From Fimbriosthenelais zetlandica (taxonomy: Eukaryota), in NCBI GenBank assembly GCA_977030845.1, contig OZ365110.1, forward strand, positions 22,816,001 to 22,880,000: DNA of 64,000 nt. Reading direction: 5' to 3'. Below are positions 13,901 to 26,300 of this stretch, in pieces. The notes under the pieces are model-generated. The model was not told the origin of the DNA and ran no database searches. It saw only the letters and a list, made by a program, of their open reading frames with translations. A program made the translations under genes and the position numbers. How positions within the stretch are numbered: the stretch's first letter is position 1; each line of letters opens with the position of its first letter.

Positions 13901-15539
13901 ATTTATATGATAATCATCCCTTGTTAACATGGGTCTGGTAAGCATGAAATCGACAGAGTACTTAATGGTCACTGCATTTATATACTGGTATCCGGAAGTC
14001 AATAGAAGGCCGGAACATGGGGACACATTCCATCACGAAGACAATGACCAGTGGAGCTGAGAATGAGCTCTCAATGAGGCAGACAGAAGGTATGATTACA
14101 CACAGAGCAGGTCAATTACTCCCTATGGCTGCTCCTATAAAAGCAGAGGTCATCATGCAATGGATATTACCTATACTGCAGAATAATGACCGTTTCACAG
14201 AAATGATTATTTCTAGAGATTGTATGCAGAATATCTATCAGTAGTTCACGGAATAAGTGCACTGTATTATACTGGCAAATCGATGGTAAATGCAAAAGGC
14301 TTCCCACATTTACACCTGAACCATGAAAATATAATTTTGTACCATCAATAGAAGGGCAATGTGTTTGCTTGGAGACAAGTGAGAAATTGTGTGATTCTTT
14401 AAAACCAATGATGGTGCAATAATACCAACTTACTAGAATAAACAGAGTACTATATACTTGTACATGCCTGCGGTTACCTTTCTATCATATCTCAAATAGG
14501 CCTAGTCAGTGATCTCAGATCCGATTATATTATGCTGATCTTGAATTTCTAAAGCAATAGACAAAGCTAAGTTCTAGATTACGTGATTGGTATTACACCC
14601 TGTAGTAATACCCATAAAACACTGATAAAATCTAAGGCATCGATTGCAGAGTTAGTAGATCTGTGTTAGATCCCCTATTGAACTGCCCTGATCTGTGTGC
14701 CTATCTTTGACAGCTGGGGGTAGGTTGAAAGGCAGTGCCAAACCCCTGGAGTAAATGCGCGTTCATTCATGAATAATTCAGCTTTAATTCCAGCGTTTGT
14801 TGGAACGCCGTACAGAGAACAACCCACCTCTCTTTCCTTCCCCATCTTGAAAGACGCTGATCACTGAAGACACGTCAGGAACATCGTTCTATAACGTCTC
14901 TTTTACAGTCGTTTACTGTATATATGTGCAAACATCACTCTTGTCGTATGATATAGGTACTAGTCCCCCATAGTGGATGAAGGAGAACCATTGCTATAGT
15001 AAACACTACAACAGATCCCAACACAACACTTATAAGAATCCTTCCATTTCCTGTTTATAATTAACAACCCATTGCTATATTCCAGGGTGTAAACAGGTAC
15101 ACAAATATAAATCCTCTGCTATCCAAAGATTTCATTCAGCAAGGAATTGTGAGCACAGCTCTTGATGCTCAAGTGGCTTCATCTATCAGAATGTGTCTTC
15201 TTTCCCACTCACAGAAAATCCCACAGTAAATAAATTGTCATCTGTCTGTGTTGGTCTTTAAGTTATTTAGTGATCCTGGCTGATATTTCCATTGGTCCCT
15301 GTATAATGTGTTAGGCAGGTAACTCTTTGAGAGAGGAACTCTGTATGACAACACAAGGATCCCAATAACACTACTTATTGATCGATATGATCAACAACAA
15401 ACCCCTCAGTTGGGATGCCACTAGCTTACGCCTATTATATTAAAGCTGAAGCATTGCAGACTTAAGTAATCTTTAGTGAATTCCATATATGTCCGGGGCA
15501 CACATCCACAGAATTCTGAATAACCATATAATAATCCAA

Positions 15540-15790
15540 TGAATGGGGTACACGAGGTAGAATTCAGCATGGGACGCTTGCTCACTCGTGAGTGGAGTGA
15601 GAGCAAGTGCGTGTGTGTATTCGATCTGCAGGTAGGCTCAGGTGAGAGAGGGAAAGAGAGAGGGGGGAGGAACCCACTATTCTCTATTTCACTCTCCCAC
15701 GCCAGCTCCACCTTCATCATCACGTGGGCTTCACTCAACCGGAACGACTCGCTCCACGCATGCGCCGTCAACCATCCGTCCTATTCTCAA
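15540..15790. promoter_or_regulatory. CpG-rich promoter/enhancer-like island
   Basis: Locally high GC and CpG. CACGTG E-box at 15721, CCGGAA at 15739 and NRF1-like CGCATGCGC at 15757, with G-run tract 15822-15870 adjacent. Confidence 0.35.
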
Positions 15791-18700
15791 TTCCCCTGAT
15801 CATGATCTTGCTATTTAGGAAGGGGTTGGGGGGAAATTGGGGAAACGCTATAGGGAGACGGGGGAGTGGGAAGTAGGGGTGAATTGGGATTTGACAAGGA
15901 TGCTACATTTATGGCTTTTGTCATCATCCATGACATTATGATGGGAGAAATAATTTGCTCCTTTGGCGGAGAAATTATGGATTTCATACTGAAGCCTATG
16001 ACAGCTTGTCTGAAGGTGCACTGAGTTTTGGTTATTTTCCCCCAACAATAATTAAGACTACACCCTAAAGCTCTATTACCGGGATGGGGGACATGTTGGT
16101 TGTTTGACCGATTTGGCTGCGTCTCCACACTATTACAAGTAACATACAATAAGACAGGCAGCGGTCCAAATGACTCTTTCTGGATATTACTTTACTGATT
16201 CACTTAAACATTTCCATCTCTGACCCATGAAAAACTTTCAACAGTGACCTTTAATAACGCCAATGTACAGTAAAACAGTTTCGGGACAAAATATGTATAT
16301 TATATTGCTTCTGATGACACCTTGTCACGAAAGCATATTAGACCACAAAAACAAGATATAAATTTAGTATTTTTGATGTTCTGCCTCTGATTGCCTGACA
16401 CGACAGTAAGTTACATATCTCAGATATTTCGCCCGTTTCCGGTCTGTCATAAAACCTGTTAATTTCTTCAAGTAATTCTTCACTTCAACCTTTTCTTTAT
16501 TTTAAAAGAATGAAGTACGTAGGCCTACCCTGCATGCCATGTAAGGGGCGACCGTTGGGTTAAATGGACTATCTGTCACAATGGGCCATAATAAGGAAAA
16601 ATGGCGAATGTAAAATGACTAAAAAATTTAAATGTTTTCCATACAATCTATATGAAGGATCCAATATCGAGATATATTCTTGCTTATATTTTAACATTTT
16701 TACGACATAAAAATATGGATGATATATGGATGGATAGGGGGCATGGAGCATAAAAAGGGTTTAAGGACCTCAGCTTAGCACATACCAGTGTACACTTCAC
16801 ATGTAAGTGCCCTCTCTACCCTCAGGTATAGTCTGGGGTTATACCTTGTAGCCCTACCTTTACAGCACAGGTGCAAGCCAACAAAGACACTTAACTTACC
16901 ATGATATAAAGCCAGTATTGACAAGCACCGCCCATAAAAACCAATGAAATACTCAGAAAATGTTAGGAGAAGCACCAGGTAAAGACATTCCACCGACCAC
17001 GGGGACAGAGCAGCACTTCACTGATTGTTCATACCAAGCCCATACTTCTAAATAATTGAAATTAATCGACCATTAATGCACAATGAGATCTGCAAGGGTT
17101 TTTCATACTAAATGATTGACCCAATTGCTTGCATTCAAGCCAATGAGTTCAATTGGCATCAATCTGATTGATGCAAATGCTTATATAAAGGAACTCAAAC
17201 TCAAGGTGGGTTAATTGGTTCAAAATAAAAGCCATTGGAATGGCTTTACTGCAACGAACATTGCTTGTACTTTGAAGTATACAAATTATAAATGTGTGAA
17301 CAGATGCTACAGTCTGATGATACAGTCTAATAAAAATCAACTGTTTTGGAGCTAAACTGCAGCTCACTCACGTGCTAACAATAGGGCGCTGGACTGGCCT
17401 GATGAAGATCAATATTTTCAATCAGGCTGCGGATGAGGTTCGTGGGTAAACGTAGTATTGATTTAATAATCACTTATTGCGAACTTACAGTATTGGCCTC
17501 CCACAGATTCCTCTAAACAATATCTTCTTCCCCGAAAAAACAACACAATTTGGCGGTAATCATCAGCAATCTTTGCGTCGAATACACAACAAATAGATAG
17601 CAGCAACTTGGCAGCCTGATGTTAATAAAAATCTGCTAAATTAGTGCCTAGTATTTTTTTGTGGTTCACACATTCATCGCTCCAATGGAATGCTACAGGT
17701 AAATCTTATTAGATGGGTTGTTTATAGTCATTCCTATACTGCATAACACAGACACCTAAATTGACTAATATTATATATAAGAATCGGCATTATAAAAAAG
17801 CTATGTCTGGGAGTTTCTGGAGTGGAAGGTAAAGAACAATAATTTACAAGATAGGCAGTAACCTTACAAATAGAACATGGGAGTTTACTGAAGCAGTCTA
17901 AGTTTTCGGACCCTTCCAGGTGTGTGGATTCAGTAGTCCGAGTAGTAGTCTTCTTCATGATGCCAAAGCATGCATGCAGGTGGTGCTTGCTAAACTTGCA
18001 CCTTCATAACAATTTTCCATTCAAGACGGGCTAAATGTCCATCATCGATAATTTAATGAGATTTTAAATGGGAAAACATGGTTTTGTGCCCTGGGGTCGC
18101 ACTGAGCTGTCTCCAGATTGCTGAATTTCAGGGCAGATTTTTTTGGGATTGGAAACCAGTTTTTAGATGAAGAAATAGGGGGAACAGGAGCCAGATGACA
18201 AGATTATTATGCATGCCACGAGTCCACGCGTCAAGTTATTTGTGCACACACCAGTCTTATGACATATTCCAGGTCGTAAAACATAATTATAATACACATG
18301 ATGTGCCTCAAAGGTTAGGGAGAGAGGATGTCTTTGTGGAAAAATCTCTCAAGAGTCCATTGTGTCTGACAGGACAATTTTTGCTTTTTGAAAGGCGCGT
18401 GCAGCATGTCCAGGTATATAGGTGCGAATGTTCCCCCAAGGCACGCGAAGGAATCTAGCAGGTGTTCTAAAACCTGATTGGCAGCATGTTAATTTTTTTC
18501 TTGTAAAACCAGATATTAATGAAAGGCACTAATCATCGTAGACCTACGTTTGGAAAAAATATATTTCAGACAGCAGGCAATTAATTTTCCATGCTGGCGA
18601 CGCGTATATGAATATATATAATACTAGTTTCTCAATTGCACAAGTCTTCTAGTGAAAATTGTGCAAGTTTACTTCTTAATTTTCTGTCATGTCTTATAAG

Positions 18701-21700
18701 ATTTGCCCCTGAGAAGAGCCATATTGTAAATTTCAAATTCAATAATTATTTACGTTCTTAACAACAATAGAAAGAGGACAGGACTAGTGCATTTTTCCAG
18801 TTTCAATTCCAAGACGCAATAGGAGGATGCTAATCGCGTGCCATGTTTAATGTCAGAGGGGAGCAGCGGGTGGTGGGATAGGGTACTCTATGGTCTACAG
18901 GTGTAATTTACCAATGCCTTGACATTTTACGGCACACTATTCCTGTCCATAACACCTGCGCTCCTGTCAACCTTCGAAACCAGACACTGACCCGCGAGCC
19001 AGAAGGAGGAAAGGTGTCATGATCGGTATGTGGCGAGGCGTCACTTTACACTTACAGGGAAGCGGGGAAATTCATGTGAATTGCATGACATTGTGTCAAT
19101 AATTGTGTCAAAAGTAGGCTCATTAGTGACTGGAATGGAGGAATTGGACTGGCCACACACACTAAACACAACATGCATGGACATGATATGATACTTAGAT
19201 CAAAGGGAAGTCAATTACAATTAACCGAGTTTCCATGATAGGAAGTGATATGTTCCTGGTTATTGCATGGACAGAGGTATTTATTATGATCCTGCAGTGT
19301 CTGTGAGAATGACGGTGTCACAGGGTGGTGCAATACCGGCTGGCGGAGTGGAGGGGTCAAGGGTTGGGGGAGGGGTCATACTGTGTGGGTGGATAAAGGT
19401 ATGGGGAAGGAAAACCACAAAGTAGTCTAACGTTAAAGACCTATGTCATTATAATATGATTACCTCAAGGAATTCTATTCTCTTTGGGGATTACCCAAAA
19501 GTTACAACAGCTTGCCCAAGTGTTTCAACAGCTTGATTATATGACATGGACTACGTGTAACATGTAACGACTTTGGGCGGGGTGTCTATAATGTGGGTGT
19601 GATATGGCTAGTATAACTATTTTGGACAGACGCACATGGGAATTTTGAAAAGTGGGGTTACATGTCGGTTTAACGGTCGTATTTAAGAGAATGCAAGCGA
19701 GTGGTGTAGGGGTGTAATGTAGCTTACTAATGGCTAGCGTGAGATAAGATATTAAACCTCTACAGTCGTGACAAAGCAAAATTCCTGAACAAAGCAATGT
19801 CCTAGAATCTTATTGCATTTGGTCAGATCATTTGGTCTATACCGCTTCTTGCCATAACGTCCGTACAAAGAGTTTCTGATCGTTCCACCATATAGATTTC
19901 TCATTGTTTCAGGCTGCACTGAGTTATTTTATGAAACAACCTCTGAATTTAAGTCTGCTTCTAACATGAGTTTTCCTGGCTGGACATGTGGAGGGGTGGA
20001 GGTACATGGCAGCAAGGATTATAAATGATCAAACAATAGTCTGGCTCAATGCCAGCTTCCAGTGTTTGACAAATACCATCAGACTCATTCTAGGCATGTG
20101 TGTCTCTCTGAGGCTGACTTAAATATAACTTGGTTTGTGCCTCAAATGGAGTATGGAGGGTCGTGTATGGGAGCCCACTATACTCGCCCGTCAAACAGAG
20201 GTATGTTAATATTGGTGATGGACAAACACGCCGATAGATACCGACTCTTAATGTTTTTACTCACAAAATGCCAGTTATCCCATGATGGATCACTACATAG
20301 ATTGCTGGTGATAATAACAATGCACACAGAGGTTCTTCTTTCTTATAAATAATCTCATCAAAATAAGCTATTATAGCGTTAATATTCTTATGTCTGGGAA
20401 ACAATTAAGAAAAGCTAATGACAAAGACTACTATGCCAGTTTACTCCATAACAAAAAAGTCCATTATATAGAGTGGGATTACTAAGGATCTATTTGTATA
20501 TGGCCTACTATCCTAATTTGGTCCAGATTATGCAATGGATGGCAATTTACATACAGGAAGAAAATAATTAAACTAGCAATATTTGCACTTAAAGAATCTA
20601 TAATGATCCATTAGCATACATGAATGGAAATGCAATAAAATTATTACGATACTTTTCTGATCCAAGAGTCATTGAGCGGGTACAGGGGGAAACAATGTAG
20701 GGATCAGGCAAGGTGGTATCATGTATGATCAAAGGTATAATTATAACAATGGAAGGAGGAGTAATAATACACATAAAAGTAATTTTGTTTGGGGGTACAG
20801 CATGGTGTCCCATCTTTAATGAGATAATTGGAGTGATATAAATTGAATAATGGGGTGATGCCATTATACTTTAAAGTCCCTAGAGAGGAGCTTAAATGCC
20901 CTATTATTAAAATATGTCTAGCAGAACGGGTCATCTTTTATAAACATAATGTATTAAACAACACTAACAATACTGAGGTGTAGACAAAAATACTTACAAA
21001 ATATCCATAATTATTATAATTAATCCCAATAAAAATAAGTGCAACTGCATATCAAGAAATAAGCTAATATATCAAAAAAGGTTCAGTGAACTAAAATATA
21101 ATTATATTAACAACATGAGTAGAGACAGGTCCCTACTTAAAAATAGAAAAAAAAGATAATTACATTAAATAAATTTAAAGTTTCCAAAATAACATGAAAT
21201 TGTACTAATTAACACTTTGAGCATTACAAAGCATATAATTGACCTTCATAAATTTTCAACATAGTAGGTCAGAGGATGATGAGAAATTTGAATTAAAAGC
21301 ATCACATGTCAGACTATAGTAAATAAGGACCTGGACCCTAGCTGGAGACCTCCCTCACTCGCTGGTTTGTATTGTAAATGGGGATGTCTACCTGAACCCA
21401 TTCATTCCATTGACCTGTCAACTGGGTTAAATGACACTCCCAAAGAAGCATTGTCACAATCCATACAGACTAAGGGCTACATGGGCATTTTTCTCACAGT
21501 GCATGGATCATACACTGGGCCTTACTATACAGCACAGGAAGAGAGCCCAAACAAAGCTAGCACCCAGAGGAAGCTTTTTTTTTTTACATTAAAAAACGTT
21601 TATTTGTGTTTAGCAAGTCAAGTAACTTGTGTAGTGTAACGCTCTGAGGTGTGAGAGAATTCTAGTTTACTATATGGCCAGAAGGGGGCTTGACCTTGTA

Positions 21701-24700
21701 ATTGGGATGGGATGACCTTGGCTACCCCAACTATAAACTATAGCGAATGCATTCAGAAATATTAAGTAAATAAATTTATGTTGGATACAGAGACAGATAT
21801 CACAACAATACTTGACTAAAATCACGAATGAAAGTGGTGACTTTCTGAGAACTTTTCTCTAAGGTAATTTTACACATTACCCTTTGATATGACAACACAT
21901 GGTAGACGGGTAATACGGCTATTCTCCATATCTTCCTGTGTTTTTATCACTAGCCTGGGGCTAGACTAGAGTGTATTCAAACTCACATTTAGTCACAGGA
22001 GAAAGGCATTACACTGTATCCATGACACCAATTTACATAACATTAAGTTAAACAAGCAGGTATGAGCCATTCCTACCAGGGATAAACACTCTCTCCTCTG
22101 AGTCCTAATTAAGAGTAATTTGCTGTAAATTCCTGAGCTCTCTATACGTCTGCCTTGGCTTTCCTCAGGCCATGTGTCAGTGTCAACGTGTCAATGCTTC
22201 ACATGTCTGTTCTATATATGGCAATCTCTCTCCTCTTATCTCTTTCATTCGATCTTTGATCGCGATTAATTTAAATGAATCAATAGAAATTAAAGTGACC
22301 TCCGTGGGAAATTCTAGAGGGAAATAATGACATTTCCATATAATTATAACGCTCAACTACACACGAATTTCTGAACATAAATTTTGCTAAAAAGATTCAA
22401 TTTCAAAAAGGGGATACTTCATATTTCAGATAGAAATATATACAAGGCAAAACCTGCTGGATAACTCACAAAATCAGCAGGCCCTCCCAAATTCCCCAAT
22501 CCCAACATATGACCCGCAGGAGAAGAACATCCCCCACAATTGTTCCCAATGATATCACATACATTTCACTGATCATTCATTTCGAATATCACAATTGACC
22601 ACCATAAAGATGTCGGGCAAATCTCGGTAGTGCAATTGGTCAGTAATAGGGGGCTGTTTATAGGCTTTGTGTAGGGGTGACTATGCCCACCTGTATCAAT
22701 TCTTGGCTATAGAGCTATCTCCCCAGCAACGACCAAATGAAGACCATTGGGAAGGGGAGGATAGGACCGGGCACACCTGAGCTACAGGGGTGATGACACA
22801 GCGTCCCTGATTAATAGCCTCAGGCCAGGTGTGTATAGGCATTTCACACAGGTACCTCATTCATGATAAGGGAGGGGGATCATTTTGGGGGATCAGGTTT
22901 GAAATGGATCTACACACGCCCACCTGCAGTGTAGTAGCAATATAGTAAGGGTAAGAGACACGATGCAGGAGGAATATTTCAAGAGGGAAGGGAACATTCA
23001 GAATGAATGATTTTAGTAGAGATTGATCCATATACATGTGCCCGTGGTTTTGAAATTGAATAAAAGCGTTAAGATCGACAGGAAGGCAGACAGATAGTTC
23101 AGCAGACAGACAAAGGTTTGTGCCCAGTGTACAACCTTAGGAAAATATATGACCCCATAGTGATAAAATTTTATAGACAAGTAATAATGCAGAAAGACAG
23201 GAACAACCTGGAAGAGGGTAAAATTTCACAAATTATGTTTCAAAAAGTAACCGGTAAGATCCCTCAAGGCATTATTATGGTAGACCCGAGAGCAAATTAC
23301 AGACTGATTCTAAATGCGGGTCAACCACGACATTCCTAAAGTGACATCAACACCAGATATGCACGATACTCATAGTAATTCACAGTACTAATTCAAACCA
23401 CTCCTGATGAACATCTTAAGCCGAAGCCACTTATAAAACTGAAGCCAGACAAAAGATCAGACAATCGAATACCAAGAACTTTGTTTTTATGTTTTTCACA
23501 AGGAAATACATCGATCAGGAAGACACTCTCTTCTTCTAAAAGCATTCGGAAAAGTTGTTTTTGGAATTCAAACGCAATTCCTACCTACAAACTGCCATCA
23601 AAGACATTACTTTCAGATCACTCGCATTAATAACTTATCAGATTGACAGGTGCTGAAGGTATCTATTAAATCTACGAAAATTTATCTCATTTAAGAAATA
23701 GTTCCGACAGACAGTTTGGTATTTTTGTCTTCAGTTTTATCCGTGTATCGCTACATCTCGATCATATGTCACTGAGGTACAATTTAATTGGATGTATTCA
23801 GTTTTGATTAGCATGCAGCATCCATTATAATTGGTTTTTGATTGAGATTAATAAACATTCAGAGATTGGCTAATTTAATGTTTGATACGTTGATAAAATA
23901 AGTGAAGTGATTCATCAGAGGTAGGGTATTATCATCGGGAGCGGCAGATCACAGCAATCCTTAATGAATAATGAGAAAGGGAAGTACAAACAAACATGTC
24001 TAGACTTGCTTATAGTCTTTACATGACTGTGAGAGAGATTCAGTTGACTGATTTACCCTCACCTCACACCCTCAATCTCTCCATCAATCATTGACCAAAT
24101 ATCAGGCCGTATCTTAATCCAATCATTACCAATTTAATATCAAATTCCAACCTAAAAAATCTTGTACATCTTTAATATTTACATTTATATAATTTGCCCC
24201 TCATTGCCTATGTTCAAATTACAGGCTATATATTATATTTTGCATTTACTCCTCCAAGAGTTATTTTCCGAGAAAATCTATTCCTCAATTTTTTATTGCT
24301 TGCTATTAAAATTGAGGTTAGGTAGGAAGAGGGCTAGGAGGATTTTTCACTACAAGTAGCCTGGCCAGGTTTGTGACATAGGATTCCCCCTTTATAATGG
24401 AAGTTTTCACACCTTGTCGAGCTCACCATTGTATTGAGATTCCCCATGGACAAAGCCAGCAAGACGTTGGCCGCACACTAGGCCAATCAGTACAATCTGG
24501 GGAAGGTGTGGGGTAGGGGAAGTGTGGGGGAGGGATTGTCCTCATCTCTCAGCATTGGATAGATGCACGACCTTCAGACATACTTGTATATAACGCTCCA
24601 TTCCTATATGGCTAGGTCACAAAGGGTTCTTTCCCCAACCACAGCAGCCCCTACTGTACATGGGGAATGGGAGAGCAATGTTTGGTAGACATCCAGAAGT

Positions 24701-26017
24701 CCTCTTAACCATTTTTACGCTAGGCTAGGCCAATACATGGCTGCTTATTTACATTTCAACAACCAATATGCTACATTAGGCACATATCAGTATAACCCCC
24801 AAACTTCCAGGATGTATGTATCATATATGACTGTTTTCATTAGTGAACTGCTAGTGCTGCCAGATTTCAATGTTGGTAATGTTTTAGGTAAAAACACACA
24901 AAGCACATCATCAACCAATCTTGGTCTGAATATTACATTCCCGCCCCTAACCACATCTGATATTTTGTGTAAATAGTTCATATATTATGAATTTCTCAAG
25001 TGTGAAGTATGCGTGGTACAGATCGGCAGGAACCAGGTATGTGGAACGATAAATGACTCGCTTATTAACGCTGAAAAATGGCCTTAAATGAAAATGAACA
25101 GGAAACATGACCATTATTTTATCACAATTGAAGGATAATCAAAAATCCTATATAGTTTGGCATTGCAACACTGAAATATCCCATACACAGAATTCCATTA
25201 AAACTGCATAGCACTAGTATCAGTATTTGACCTTGCATTTAAAGTCTTTGCTGTCCTTTGTCTCTTTGTCCAATGTTACGTTGCAGCAAAAATAAGTCAT
25301 GCACAACATGAGACAAGCCAATTCCCACACCCATTCAACTTTTTAAAATGTTTTCTTGCCTTTGATTAATTAGTTTAAGTAGGGCTCAATGGGTTCTAAA
25401 TATAGCAAAGGTAGGACGGTGTGTGAAGGCATGCAAACAAGCTTAGCAATTGTCGGTGGATATAGACAGGATCAACTTGATTCCTATCGCTTATATATGG
25501 ACTTAAATAGTATATACATCCATCAAATTCTTGTCAGCTTTCAGATGCGTATCTACGAATATTGAGATGTGTATTAAACATTGGGAAAGTTTGGGTACAA
25601 TGAACAAAGTGACGAATACACAGACGAGTGCTTTTGATTGCAAATATAGTGGGTTTTTTTAAATGTCTTTGTGATGGTTATCTGACTGGAATTGACGGGG
25701 ATAGTTGTGTTAATACTAATAGACCCACCTTATGTTTAGTATTCCCTTTTCTCCAATATAGCAACATGTTATCCCTGGTTCTGTCCATGGTTCTCAAGCT
25801 GTAGGGGAACTGTCACTTAGTAAGTCATACCCCAGTGAATTACTAGCACAGTTTTAACTTATCCTTGGTGCTATATGAACTCACCATCCTAAATATGGAG
25901 TGGATTACGCTTCACATGCTACCAGGTAACATCTGGTTCCATGATTCCAGGATAGAAAAAGTCGGGGAAATACATGGATGAATCCAGTAGCAGACAATGT
26001 GGGGACTGCTATATAAA

Positions 26018-26300
26018 CAGGTCCAAGGCCAGGTAGGTATTCACAACAGGTCACAGGTAGAGGCAGGTGAGGCTGTGTAATGAATCCCAGTACATATACA
26101 CCTTAATTACAGGTGTGTTAATGATGGAGATTAATGATAGAGCAGCATGTAACAGGTGAATAAAGACGCCCAGTGTCTTATATATATGAGAGGCAGGTGT
26201 GTCAGTATACCAGATCAGGTATTGGTTGTATATATACACATAGTGTCCAGGTATGTGCAGGTCTGTGCTGATTGTATGTATGTAGATGATATAAGCAGGT
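26018..26300 (+). promoter_or_regulatory. Homotypic cluster of 12 CAGGT motifs (9 are CAGGT[A/G]); candidate enhancer/silencer
   Basis: CAGGT starts at 26018, 26030, 26047, 26054, 26064, 26110, 26153, 26194, 26216, 26248, 26258 and 26296, all on the + strand, with irregular spacers. The cluster is certain; its function is inferred. Confidence 0.55.

Noticed and set aside
16988-17010. REST/RE1-like word accacggggacag
   Set aside because: The left half-site TTCAGCACC is missing and the spacing is wrong.
17734-17958. KLPCSICKVTAY resembling a Penelope GIY-YIG motif; likewise ILYK...TYIG at 48366..48623
   Set aside because: The downstream conserved Arg/His/Glu residues are absent and no RT region is adjacent.
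19950-20750. Asn/Thr-rich + strand peptide fragments vaguely like a parvoviral capsid
   Set aside because: No specific motif; composition alone is not evidence.
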